Source of the DNA: Octopus sinensis
Lineage: Eukaryota
Assembly (NCBI RefSeq): GCF_006345805.1
Contig: NC_042999.1
Coordinates: 64,728,001-64,792,000, forward strand
Length of the DNA stretch: 64,000 nucleotides
Direction of reading: 5' to 3'
Shown here: in pieces, positions 26,511 to 39,714 of the stretch
How positions within the stretch are numbered: the first letter of the stretch is position 1
Layout of the letters: the number at the start of each line of letters is the position of its first letter
Position numbers and translations under genes: made by a program
The notes under the pieces: generated by a model
What the model was told of the DNA's origin: nothing
The model's input: the letters and a program-made list of their open reading frames with translations, nothing else
Databases searched by the model: none

Positions 26511-28489
26511 CGTATTCTATACATAACGTTGCAAGAATGGCAGGGATATTAAAATTGGTGAAGTACCGGATTAACTACAAACCGTTTGGTTTAAGTTCAA
26601 ATTTTATTGTAGTCACCCTTAACTTTCGCATCACTCCAATGTTCAGAAAATAACTTCCAGCAGTGTACTGGGGCAGGTGGAAACATATAAATCCTCTTAT
26701 ACAGACATTTACGTTTATTGTGTCAGTTATAGATAATTATTTAATAACGTGTCACCAGATATTGAGTTCTTTCGAATCTCGCCAGAGACGACATCTTTGC
26801 TTTTATTACTAAGTGATTGATAAAGCCTGTATCAGTAATATACTGATTTATTGCCAATCGATTATGTTTCTCTCAAAATAATTCAAGAATTTGGTTTTGT
26901 GATTCGATAATGCTCTAACGTTACATGAATTGTACATAAAAATATTTACTTACGTCTCACTTCCCCCATCCTCACCCCAATACCAATAATAAACAAATTG
27001 ATATGCTATTAAAGATGAGAGCAGAAAAGGGAAACGAAGCAAAATATAAATAACTAAATAAATATGTAAATATATTTATAAATAAATAAGAAAAAATAAC
27101 CATTTCCTTCATACATCAGATAATCATCATATTTTGTTTAAAAAAGTAATTGGTGATAAGATAAAAATATGCTACACCAATGATATCGTAGCTAGTTTTA
27201 TTTTTACATAAATATACACATAATCAATAGTGATACAGAACTATATTTTATAGTAATACATGCCTTATTATGAAATTGTAGATTGTGTATCAATAAGCAA
27301 TTTAAATCCAGCGTTACGCAAAGTAATCGATAATTTATTGAAACAAATGACTGCAAATCACATTTATCTACTGTTCTTGTATTCATATAATTTTATAGCC
27401 ATTCGCCCACATTATAGGATATTATATTAATGAAGACTGGAGACATATCTGTCGGTGTATTATTATACTAAACGTATTATACGATGGCTTCGCATTCTGG
27501 CAAAAGATCACACGATTTTAGAGAAGAGAATAAATATTTAATGCACCACAGAACTTGAGCGGTACAATATAATCAACCCAGTAACGGCACAAAGTTGAAA
27601 TGATTTAGCATTCAAGCACAGAAGATGGGTGGGACGAAAGGAAATACGTAGTTCCAGCATAAGCACGCTATTTTGAGAGATTAAATGATCCGGTATGGCA
27701 GCCAGTTGTCTCAGTAAAGCATTGGATAAGACTATCTTGCGGTATTTCCTCCGACTTGCTGCTCTCTGATTTCACCGAGGTTAACTTTTCCGTTCATCCT
27801 CTCGAGCCCCAGCTAAATTAGAAGTGTTAGGTCTTAGCCCTTGCTCTTTGGTTTTGACTATGTTTCTCATTACAGACTGCTTGAATTTGGTGGTATGTGA
27901 AACAGTTTATGTATGACACATCACACATCAGGAATTCATCATTGGGTGGACGAGTCATTGGGGATTGAATAGTTGAAAGAAAAAATAAACCTCGTCGGTT
28001 GAGGTTGTGCCACCGGCAGGAGAAGAGACACCGTTGGGGGAACTGTGCCGCCAGCGGTAGAATTAGATATCCCGTCCCCGGAGGAAGACAAATTATTGGT
28101 CTTCTTATATAGAGGCGGAGAGGTAGAAAAGGTGGTGGAAAAGCACCATAAGGGAGCACCTTTAGCCTGCACACAGGATCCCGAATGGCTTCCGCAGATA
28201 GCTGTGGAGGTCATAACGTTGCCCGTGATGAATAGGCTGAATGGACTCAATGGGGAATATTGCTTGTACCCAAGCGACGCCGACACGGCAACTATTTTGA
28301 TTTTGAATGAGGCGTGGGTGATGGCGGAGTATGCGGGTACAAGTGATGTTGAGGAGGAATAGTGATAAGAGGTTGAAAAGCCTCAGTGTTATTGAAAGTT
28401 CCGAGTTTGGAAAGAAAGGTAACCACTAGGCCATGTGCCTCCACAAACGAGTGTATAATCTTCACAATTATATTCCGCTTGTATCGACA

Positions 28490-28706
28490 ACGGTTTCAAA
28501 TTTTGGCGCAAGGTCAGTCATTTTTAGGAGAGGAGGGAGTCGATAACATCAACGCCAATACTTGATTAGTACTTTATTTTATCGACCCCGAATTATGAAA
28601 GCTAAAGTCAACCGCGTCAGAATCTGAACTCAAAAGTAAAGAGCCAGAAGAAATATTGTTAAGCATTTTGTCCGACGCACTGACGATTATGCCAGCTTGT
28701 CGCCAA
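28490..28706 (-). mobile_element. Old SINE A copy (alternative tail)
   Basis: TTTCAAATTTTGGCGCAAGG...TTTATCGACCCCG...CTGAACTCAAAAG...AAGCATTTTGTCCGACG. Confidence 0.8.
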
Positions 28707-30263
28707 GATCGTTTGTGTGAATAACATGACTATATTTATCAAGTGACGATAAACATGAAATATAGATGTAATTTTAATTAAAATTTTAGCTTGGTTCATC
28801 ACATTAACTAAGTTTTCTCCCACGTAACTATACATCCTTCATGGGGATATACATTAGAAATTCTGTCATGCCAGCATTATAATTCAGCCACCGTTGCAGT
28901 GCCCTGTGTTTCGATTACCCAGATGAAGACATTTTTGTGGGCTTAGATGGTTAAATTCTCTTCCTTAATAGGAAAATGCCGGCATGGGCTTCACATCTTT
29001 CGCGGAGGTAGATTTCATAAAAGCTGGAACAAATTCCATTACTTCTGTCTCAATAGAAAGGGCATTCTGAAAGGGCATATGACAAACACAAAGTTTCGCT
29101 GCGAAACAGTTTTCCAAAATTAGATCCATTAAACAGACTTGGCCTCCGTAGTCTTCCTACAGATTCCTAATAATCATCATTTTTAATTTGGTGTTATACT
29201 TATAAAGGGGATGTTATACTTATAATGTTGAAAGCTGCCGGAAAGACATCATTCAAGTAAAAGAACTAAATCAGTTCTTAATCTTAATCGAAATTGGATC
29301 ACAGAGTTGACTCAATGAGGACTCGTGACACACTTTGGTGTTTACCAAAGTTTATTACTATTTTAAAAATTTAGTTTATCTTGCCTTTTGCGCGCTTGTT
29401 CAAACTTAATGAGAACGACTCGGTATTTTCTCTAGTGTCTTTCAGATACGAACTGACAACCATTTACCTGTGATATAACAACCTTATTCACTGGAGACTC
29501 ACGATCTTTCACCTGTTTAAATGTTAATTTATTTCTTTTACTGTACGGTATGAGATTTTCTGCGAAGAAAATTACATCATTTCGACAGTTATTTCGCATG
29601 TCAAGTAAATTGTTTTCCGTAATCGATTATAAATTGTAAAATCTAATTTAAAGATTTATTGCTTATTACGTACAAAGCCCTACGTGAAAACCACTTTGCT
29701 GTCAGTAATTTGGGATTAAACCATACTAAACAACATCCAGAAGAAAAATATAAATATGTTGAAGAAAAACCAAGAAAATAAACAAATGATGTGCTTAGAC
29801 AAAGCATCTCCGTTGTGGCTTATGCAATTATTCAGAACTAGGACAAAAATCAGTTGAACACTAAAAGGAAATGGAACGTCAAGCAAACATAACGAGTTTA
29901 GTAAAGTATTTACCACCTTTTTAATAATTAATTGTCGATTCTGTCTATTTACTTCATCAAATCATTTCAAGATATGTTTGTTGTGAACTTTACTTTATTT
30001 CATTACTATTGTATAGTATTAGAATTGAAACTTTACACAGTGTTACATGATTGATCGCATCACAGAGCAAATTTCCCGTGCGAAGTAGATGCTGTAAAAA
30101 GCTAACTTCATCGATGTCTCACCAGAAATGAAATACTGGCGTGTTCAATTGTTGCCTGTCAAAGCAGATTGTTCATGATTGTTTGTGAAGTAAAGCATAT
30201 GATGTGTGAAAGATTCATTACAAATAAATACACAAAAAAGACAAAAAGGAAGAGAGAAAGAGG

Positions 30264-30301
<38 letters not shown>

Positions 30302-30652
30302 AGAGAGAGGAACATTAATATGTTTAGTAAAAAGAAATTAAATGAAATAAGATGTGAAACATAACTGGCCAAGTCGTTGGTTGTTAGTCCAGAAATCGAA
30401 ATTTGGATGATCGTATTTTCCCAAGAAATGGCCGGTATTATGTATTTGTTATACATGACCTATAGCCCCGTATTTATTCCTTTTTAAATATTTTTTTTCA
30501 TAGTTATAGTCATGCTGGAGCACCGGTTTGAGGAATCTTTGTCGAATATATAGACCGGTGTCATTTCAACTGCAGGAAAATATATACGCCACAGAATCCA
30601 GGGAAGAGGTCTTATGAGCATTTGGCTTCGAAAACACCCCTGATCTTTTTTG

Positions 30653-30729
<77 letters not shown>

Positions 30730-31657
30730 ACACAAAAAGATCTCTCTCTCACGCACATATAGATATATATTATCAAATCGAATAATCGGACATTAAAAAT
30801 AACAATAACAAAAAAATAGAATAAATAAATAAGGGGACGTGCACATGGACTGCATTATTAGATTGACACTTGGTAAGGGTGGTATTTATATTGTCGGAAA
30901 ACAAGTCGTGGTTCACAGGTTTTATTCATCTCAAATAGAGGTTAATTATTCAACAAATGGATTGTGCCCGAGGGCCCGATCGTCAACGATAATGATGAGA
31001 ATAATCAGACATTCATTCATTCACTTAGTGTGTGATATATGTATTGTACAAATGTATGTTACTATCATACAATAATATACAAATATCTCATCGCAAGGTT
31101 TGTTAATTTTGCTTTAGATAGATGGAGGGGTGAAGAATGAGATGTCGAATGTAAGATATCTCGCATTTCAATGTATAGGAAAAAAATAAAAAACTAAGGA
31201 GCACTCACAGAAGCACAAACACATACACGCGTACGGACACTCTCATTTTGGTGCATGTCGAATGAGCCCCTCCTCCAAAGATACAGAGCTCTGAGCAGCA
31301 AAAAGCCCAACCTCACCCAAATTTCAATCACACACGCGAATATATAGTGCATGGACATGATAGAAAGCATATAGATAGTCGCACATACATATAAATATTT
31401 GCACACGTGAACTCATTATTTATGGTTACTAACACAGGCATCACCAATATACGTTTGCGCGCACGTGTGTGTTTATATACATGTGTATGTATTTGTGTAT
31501 GTATTTATGGATGTACACATATAACAGGCACTTAAAGCACTCAGAGAACCCATGGACAAAATTACGAATGTTGTTGCCAAATTTGATAAATAAATAAATA
31601 AATAAATGAAATACATGTGATTTATTTTTTGAGAGTCACTTGACATACAATAATGCA

Positions 31658-31708
<51 letters not shown>

Positions 31709-32460
31709 AGAGAGAGGGAGAGAGAAAGAAAGAAAGAGAAAGGGAGAGAGGGGGGAGTATAGGAGAGAAGATTGAAAAGAAAAAAATCTGGAATCGACAA
31801 TTAACTACATCTGGTTGGAAAGAAGCTATTATATCGAATATCTTAGACATTTTAATGGCCTTAAATGAAGATTTGTTTCAACATTGTCTTCACTGACGAG
31901 TGACATTTATGGCTGAATCACCTGACTTAGCATTGTTTAATTATTTGTAAGACTACAGTCTACTAATAAGAAGATGACAAGAAGAGAGAGAGAGAGAGAG
32001 AGAGAGAGACGGAGAGAGAGGGATAGAGAGAGATGGGGAGAGGGAGATAGAGAGGGGAGTAAAGAATGCAAGGTGAATCAGTAAGTTATATTTATCAACC
32101 GTTCCAATCATGACTTGTTATTTTAGCCCCAGGTCAACCATGATCAAGCTGTCGTGTAAGATGTCAGGTATTCAAGCAATCAACACTCCTTTTATTTTCA
32201 GATATAGAGTATTACAAAGTATATTACCCAACTTGTCCTTCTAATTAAAAGTTGATAGTGCACACTAGAAGGAGATTTGATAAATATTTCTAGCAACGAA
32301 AAAAACCTGTTAGAGACTACAGTTTTCTGAGTTGTTATTGTCGATGTCAAATGTTTGATTTAAACAAAGCTACGAATGCTCCGCTACCACACAGATTATC
32401 TGACTTCTGCTGCCTTGGCCCAGTGTAAGTTTTATATATATATATGAACACATACACATA

Positions 32461-32516
<56 letters not shown>

Positions 32517-32562
32517 ATATATATATAATATATATATGTATATATATATTATTATATGTATT

Positions 32563-32764
32563 ATATATTAAATTAGAGATAAAACCACTATAGGCAAATC
32601 AAACAGTGAAAAACATAAACCAAAACATAGAAGTAAAATTAATTAATATAATTTGCCTAATAGTGGTTTTATCTCTAATTTAATATATATATTTATACTG
32701 TAAATTTAGATTTAATCCTAATCTAATTTTCCCTGTAAGTTTGGATTTACTCCCTAATATTATT

Positions 32765-32768
<4 letters not shown>
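32563..32768. mobile_element. (TA)n-flanked island with about 37-bp inverted arms (32563-32599 / 32651-32688)
   Basis: AAATTAGAGATAAAACCACTA(T)AGGCAAAT / ATTTGCCTAATAGTGGTTTTATCTCTAATTT. Confidence 0.75.
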
Positions 32769-32832
<64 letters not shown>

Positions 32833-32877
32833 CTATATATATATATATACATACATATATATATATATGTATATATA

Positions 32878-32931
<54 letters not shown>

Positions 32932-32934
32932 ATA

Positions 32935-32974
<40 letters not shown>

Positions 32975-33035
32975 CCATATATATATATATATATATATAT
33001 ATATTTCTCTCTCTCTATATATATATATATATACA

Positions 33036-33945
33036 GTTCCGCAATGCACTGTTTTGGGACCACTACTGTTCATAATGGCCCTCTCATACATGCCCTCAGC
33101 CACGCAGAGAGCCACGATCACAAGTTATGCAGATGATACAAAAGTTTCACAGACAATACAGAACCCTGAAGACACTAAGCACCTGCAATGTGAGCTGGAC
33201 AAAATATACAAGTGGGCTGAAAAGAATAGCATGCAGTTCAATGCTGAAAAGTTTCAAGCTTTATGCTATCAGCATGCAAAACTAAATGCAATACCCAATA
33301 AATACACTGGACCTGGAGGGATTGCAATCCCAGAGGCACAATCAGTGCGAGACGTGGGTATTTACATGAGTGATGATGCAGCCTTTCATGTACATGTTGC
33401 TAAATTGGCAATGAAATGTAGGCGGCTGACCGGATGGATTCTTAGAACCTTTAGAACAAGAGACCAGGAAACCATGATGGTCGTCTGGGGGACACTTGTC
33501 CTAACCACTTTGACTATTGCTCTCAGCTATGGTCACCATCCAGTGTCAAGTTAATCACAGAACTTGAGGCGATCCAACGAATCTACACGAAGAACTGGGC
33601 GCCACTGCATAGTGCCAAGGACTCCAAATTTGCCATCAAGATGTAGGACAAGATACTGTGATAGCCTGGGCTTCCGAGGCCCACATCTCTTCAATATCCT
33701 TCCAAAGAACCTGAGAGACCTGCATGGGGTGGATGCAGATGTATTTAAAATAAAACTGGATCTCTTCTTGTCAGGTGTCCCAGATGAACCAACTTCACGG
33801 CAGGAGGTGCAGATGAGGGCAGCTGCATCGAACTCTCTCATGCACCAAATGGCAATTGCTAAAAGGCATTGCTAAAAGTAAAATCATGTAGCAACACCAA
33901 ATGGCGGTGCCCCAGCATGGCTACAGCTTGTAAGCTGAAACTAGA
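33036..33945 (+). mobile_element. 5'-truncated CR1/L2-group LINE: RT C-terminus plus 3' UTR, frameshifted, probably internally deleted near 33595
   Basis: [12 protein letters not shown]...YADDTK...W...N.MQFNAEK...VRDVG; stop at 33875; tail GGCGGTGCCCCAGCATGG then A-rich sequence. Confidence 0.92.
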
Positions 33946-33974
33946 TAAAATAAAATTAAAAAAAATATGAATTG

Positions 33975-34014
33975 AACTAATTTTAGCTCATGTGGCCAGG
34001 CTGGGGCACCGCCA
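33975..34014 (-). mobile_element. Inverted copy of the CR1 3' tail
   Basis: Minus strand ATGGCGGTGCCCCAGCCTGGCCACA matches 33901-33925. Confidence 0.8.
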
Positions 34015-34207
34015 TATATATATATATATATATAAATATTAATAGTTATCGCCAAGCTAACATGGCAGTCCAAAAAAATAGGACGAATGTTGCCGTTGAT
34101 TAGCTCCAAGAGGCCATCGCCTCTATCTAGCTATGTGGCACACGAACCTGTGTCTATTATAACCTTTGAACAAGGGATCAGCCGCTTTCCCCCTTGCTGG
34201 TCTGGCA

Positions 34208-34250
34208 TCTACAGACTAGTTTCAGTGTATTTGCCCTTTATCAATGTAGA
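34208..34250 (-). ncRNA. Type I hammerhead with U3:A8 variant core, in a (TA)n-flanked island about 34030-34272
   Basis: UCUACA-UUGAUAA-AGGGCAAAUACACU-GAAA-C(UA)G-UC/UGUAGA. Perfect 6-bp stem I, GUC triplet, ACUAGU palindrome; stem II is weak. Confidence 0.7.
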
Positions 34251-34464
34251 GTAGCCGAACCCAGCAGGCGTCATATATATATATATATGAGTAACATTAG
34301 AGTTACAGGTGTCATTCCATTCCAACCGTTTCTGACGACTCCTTTAATTGATTAATGAAAACAGTACATAATTGAAAAAAGAAACCGTTTTCGTCAGATG
34401 AATTCATGAACTTCAAAATATAGGGCATACAAGATAGGCTAGGCTAACCTACACACACACACAC

Positions 34465-34510
<46 letters not shown>

Positions 34511-34532
34511 GCTATATATATATATTTATTTA

Positions 34533-34930
34533 TAATTAGGGCTCAGCTAACTGCTTCACCACATACCAAAATTAGAAATAGGAGTTAAAAATTCCTTTTC
34601 TGCTACTATAAATTTTATAATAATTGGAAATATTATACCGAAGAGAGTAGTAAGTAAATTTAAATTACTTTAATCTCGAAACGCGTATATAATTAATCCT
34701 GGTCGTGTTGATTCATTGTTTTTCTCTTTGTCTTCGTAAAAAAGTATGTTTACCGTCATGGAGATTCTTATAATAGCAGAAAAGGAATTTTCAACTCCTA
34801 TTTCTAATAGTTAGCTGAACCCTAATTAGAATTATGTGGATAATTTTATCTATAAAGTTTATTGTAACGTACCGACCTACTTGGTAATTAATTAATTATT
34901 AATCAATTAATTAATTAATTAATTAATAAA
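34533..34930 (+). mobile_element. Family E element: inverted arms (34533-34611 / 34768-34828) enclosing a hammerhead, with a tail running into (TA)n
   Basis: TAATTAGGGCTCAGC...CTGCTACTATAA / TTATAATAGCAG...GCTGAACCCTAATTA; arm sequence related to 16793-17045. Confidence 0.8.
34632..34693 (+). ncRNA. Type I hammerhead with U4C core change
   Basis: AUUAUA-CCGAAGA-GAG..AAGUAA..UUACUU..CUC-GAAA-C(GC)G-UA/UAUAAU. 6-bp stem I; predicted cleavage after 34687. Confidence 0.72.
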
Positions 34931-34939
34931 TTTTATATA

Positions 34940-35015
<76 letters not shown>

Positions 35016-35254
35016 TACACACACACATAGATATTTATGTATTTATATAGATTTAATAATAGTTTGACTCAACTTCTCACGATGAGGTTTGATTGACGTG
35101 TTCCATGCGCCTACAAAGCCACATCGTATGGAACTGAGCGAAAGTGTTATTATATTTATAAATATATGAAATTCCTAATGCATGTGTTGAGTGCCACTGT
35201 TTTCTGTTTATCCACTCACTCGTATACATGGATGTTCATGTCTATCCCATCTAC

Positions 35255-35307
<53 letters not shown>

Positions 35308-36134
35308 ATATATACACACGTATATACATATACACATACCTAGAAGCACATATAATTATAACAAAGTAAAAAAAATTAAAACAGAATAGTTTTTTTTTTT
35401 GTTCAAAGTGTAAGTTTCAAGCGGAACAAATTTGCTCACTTATATGCAAAGTTTTTCCTGTTTAATATTTGTTTCATTGCTAATTACAAATAGATTTAAG
35501 CGCTTATTTCCTTTCAGAGATTGAATAGATAACAAATTAATATATGTTAAAGATAAAACATTGAAGAACCATGAAAATAAAAACAAACATGTCCATACTC
35601 AGCTATTATACAGAAATGATTTTATTCCTCTTCCTGATGTTAGATTAGACAAAAAAAAGCAGAAACAGAAAGAAAACAAAACAAAAATGCTAATACATAA
35701 TTTGTGTAATAAAACAAGGAAAAAGCATTTGTCTGTAGCAACAAGATAATTCAATTTGCTATGACAATACAAGTGTTAAATTGTTCACGTTGATTGGTTA
35801 TTAATACATAAACTCCGCTGGACATGTTTTTACTCTAGAGCTTTGCATGGCTGTGTGCTTAGCAAATTCACTTTGAAACTAAAACTACGTTGTTCTGGAT
35901 TCGATTCCACTGTCAGATACTTTCCGACCTTCACTGTGTTCATTTTACCATAGCTTCTGTTTGATCAATGCCATATACATATATGCACACACACACACAA
36001 ACACACGCAAACACATATATGGGAACACAGCTGTTAGTCATTCTGAGGACATGGCAAGTCCAGCCTAACTAAGCCATCAGTAACATTGACTCAATGCTCG
36101 TTGAACTAGCTTTGTTCAGAATTTCTTAGTTTAT

Positions 36135-36191
<57 letters not shown>

Positions 36192-36625
36192 CACACGTAA
36201 AACCAGGGTTATTTGTTGTGTACATAACTAAAGGTAACAATATTTCTTATATTACAGTACATATCACTAGCTGTATTGATAATGTGTCGTTTCATTATCT
36301 AACAGATTTTATGACCTTGAAGGGCAAAATAAAACACATTCACACACCCACGTGCACACACCCAGATGAACGCTTACTCATACATGCTCTCACACGCACG
36401 TTTACATACATATTGTAAAAATCAATTTTGTGGCTAAGCGAGAACTATTCCAGCGACAAGAAACTTCGGATAAACTGCAAGCAATATATCTGGGTAATTA
36501 GCTAATATGCTTTTCTACCTCCCTTAGAATACACAGAGATAAAGACACGAACACGAACACACATACACATACATAAATACATACACATATACATCATGTG
36601 TGTGCGTGCGTATATATATATATAT

Positions 36626-36702
<77 letters not shown>

Positions 36703-39180
36703 TACATAAACATCTGCGGTAATCAATCAAAAAGCTACAGCAGATTTTGTGTATATCTGTGTGGGTGTATGAATAAAGTTTTGTCTTCGCGTATGTGGGT
36801 GTCTGCGCTTTTTGCATGTGTGAGTATATGTCTTTGCGTATACGTATTTATGTATGCGTATTTTGTGTATTTGTGGATGTATATTTATGCATGTGTATAT
36901 GTATGTTATACACGAAGAGTAATTATTTTCTTCTTTCTGGTTCATTGAACTGTGTCGGGCATAAAATAAATGTCTGAGTTATTTATTCCTACACGTTGTC
37001 ATCAGTGATATGTTGGTTGCTAAGAAAAACAAAGAACAAAGGAACGTTTGTGTTGGTAGTCACATATTGATAGCCGTTTGAAAGGAAGAACACAAAGAAG
37101 CGAATAATTTTAAAAACATATCAAGTTTAAAAGGGTAACAAATGGAAGAAGAAAATATATCGTGGCATTGGGAGGTAAAATTGATTATATTTATGAAAAG
37201 AACTTTTGTTTGCTTGCGCACACTTTGTTCCTGTGTTGCACATATTCCGTTGGAATTTCATACATTTAGGTTTTGTAAGAAGGTTACATTAGCTTTATTT
37301 ATTTTTTTTTTTACATATTCTGTACCTAACTTTAATGATTGCGCCGAGAATAATTTTTTAATTTTTTTGTTGAATTAACAATGTGCTTAATATTCAAAAA
37401 AATTTCCAAAAGGAAAAAGAATTAATGATATTTTTTTATACTGCCCGTCCTACATTGTATTGAGACAAAGAACATACGTAGTTTTCCATTTAATATCTGC
37501 CTATGATATTTTCATTTTTCATCTCAAGGCTAATAAATGAGTTGTTGAAATTTTACAAATAATATTTTCTTTTGTTTCTTTTTTTTGTGAATTTTTAGGA
37601 AATTATTTTCAACATTTAGGAAGAATACCATGCCATAATAAATCGTTAACTGCGCGAATCAAAGCGATGATTTGCATAATTATTCTTGATTCGTTCCGGT
37701 AGATGCGAACGTGACTATGCTAATCGCTGTTATGCTTCGTCACAAAACAACTTCTTTTCGATAACTGTGCGTTCAAAACACACTCGATAAGCTTATTGTA
37801 AGTCTAAAGAGTGATGCACTTTCAACTCTCGTTTCATGCCATTTTATTTTATTTAATTATACATGCGGTAGAAAAAGTTGTAATTAACTTTACTCTTTTA
37901 TAACTAAGGGCTTTTTAAAAAAAATCTTAGCAAATAGACTTAATACGAACAAGGGAGATTCTATGTGGTTTTTCGAAATGCTAGAAATAGCAACTAGATT
38001 ATCCATAACTAATTCTAATCAATTTTAAGACTGAAAGAAAAATACTTAAGATGATGTTGACCTGCATTGGCTATCTGTGAAAATAAAATAGGATTGTCCC
38101 AATTGGAAGAACTTTAATTACAGGCTTACTAAATTTAGGATAACCTGGGATTAATCAAGAGTAACAAGTCCAAGTCCATCACAACTGTAACTCCATTACA
38201 ACTGTCTGAAATATGTAAGCTTTCGATAAGTCAGTACTGCGATTTTGTTTTGATTCATTCCCATTAAATTTACAATCAGTAATCAATAATCGATTATAGG
38301 CAACGAGGCCCGAAACAGTGTTTCTTCGGCACTTGAAATACTTCTCGCTGTTGAGGCCATTGATACATGATCAAAATTGTTGTTTAGCCCCGTTTCAAAT
38401 CTGATCGAGTAGCCTTTTGTAGTAAGTTAATCTACTTATAACAGGCTCACTATTATCAAAATAAGTATATAATGTGTTTTCATTTGCAAGTTGTTGCAAA
38501 TTATCTTAACAACGATGTTTTTGATATTTGGAGGAAAAGTCATGGCCGACATATTTCGTATGTTTATGAATGTATATCTCATCTACAACGTATTCAAACA
38601 ATTAGGAAGGAGTTTCTCTCCTTCTCTTCACTGAACCTGCATCTACATACCCCTCCGATCGCACCCTATTCCCTGGTTGTCTAACGGTGGTATGATTATC
38701 ACGATTGGTATGTTTGTCATCAACTTATATCTCAGTCAGACTTAACGAACAAAATTTATGCATGGCTCCTAAACCATTTAAAAATTGTAACCATATCAGC
38801 TGTCTTTGAAAAGGAAAGGCTCACGAGATATTGTAGTAAACACTACACATCACGAACATAGGGAAAATGACGGAATGATCAACACTGGAGTATATGTTAG
38901 GCACATAATGATTCCAAAAAGATCAACTGTAGATTGATAGATTCTGGTGCTCGGCGTCAATAGTCGAAACTAGAAAGTTCAAAGTATAAATGTGCACTAC
39001 ACCCTAGTAATTGTAAGAATCTTAAAGTAATTGTGATAGCGATATCTATGTAAAAATGGAGCTAAAACATGGATGTCATTCTTAGTTACATAAATTCAAT
39101 TGAATCAATTTCCCCATTGAATGCAAATTGTCAGCACTATATTACTAAACCGACAAAAATATCGGTTGGTATTTCTGGCA

Positions 39181-39497
39181 ATTCTGTTGTGTCTGGGGAG
39201 AGTCATTTTCTTTTTGTGCCTTATAATATAACACACTCACCGGTAAAATTTCCACTTTTGTTTTCTTATTTTTATTTTCCTAAAATTTTCGTTGCGTCTT
39301 GCAACCTTTTCAATAAAAGGTTGCAAGACGCAACGAAAATTTTAGGAAAATAAAAATAAGAAAACAAAAAAGGTTGCAAGACGCAACGAAAATTTTAGGA
39401 AAATAAAAATAAGAAAACAAAAGTGGAAATTTTACCGGTGAGTGTGTTATATTATAAGGCACAAAAAGAAAATGACTCTCCCCAGACACAACAGAAT
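39181..39497. repeat. Perfect 130-bp inverted repeat with a 4-nt loop and a 53-bp tandem duplication in the right arm
   Basis: Left arm 39181-39310, loop CAAT; GGTTGCAAGACG occurs at 39319 and 39372. Confidence 0.95.
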
Positions 39498-39714
39498 ATG
39501 CTTCAACACACGAACTCTCATATAAAGAATCTTGCAAACCAAATCCCGCTGACTTTAAAAAGAAGATCAGTAATGACATTTTGAGATGTAATTATGATTA
39601 AGGAAACCCAAGGAATGGAATTGAGAAATAAACATGCCATGGAGAAGAAAGTGGTACTCATGAATCCAAATATTCAGTATTCGGTAATATAACAATATAA
39701 AAGATACACATACA

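Noticed and set aside
30600-30650. GGAAGA-GGTC...GGCTTC-GAAA next to (TA)n
   Set aside because: The core start is wrong, with no UH triplet and no stem I.
32766-33035. N-terminal third of the 262-aa ORF
   Set aside because: (TA)n read-through in frame with the CR1 RT fragment; only 33036 onward is coding-derived.
39190-39250. CTGGGGA-GAGT...ACTC-ACCGGTA pseudo-hammerhead in the palindrome arm
   Set aside because: GAAA is absent and stem I does not pair.
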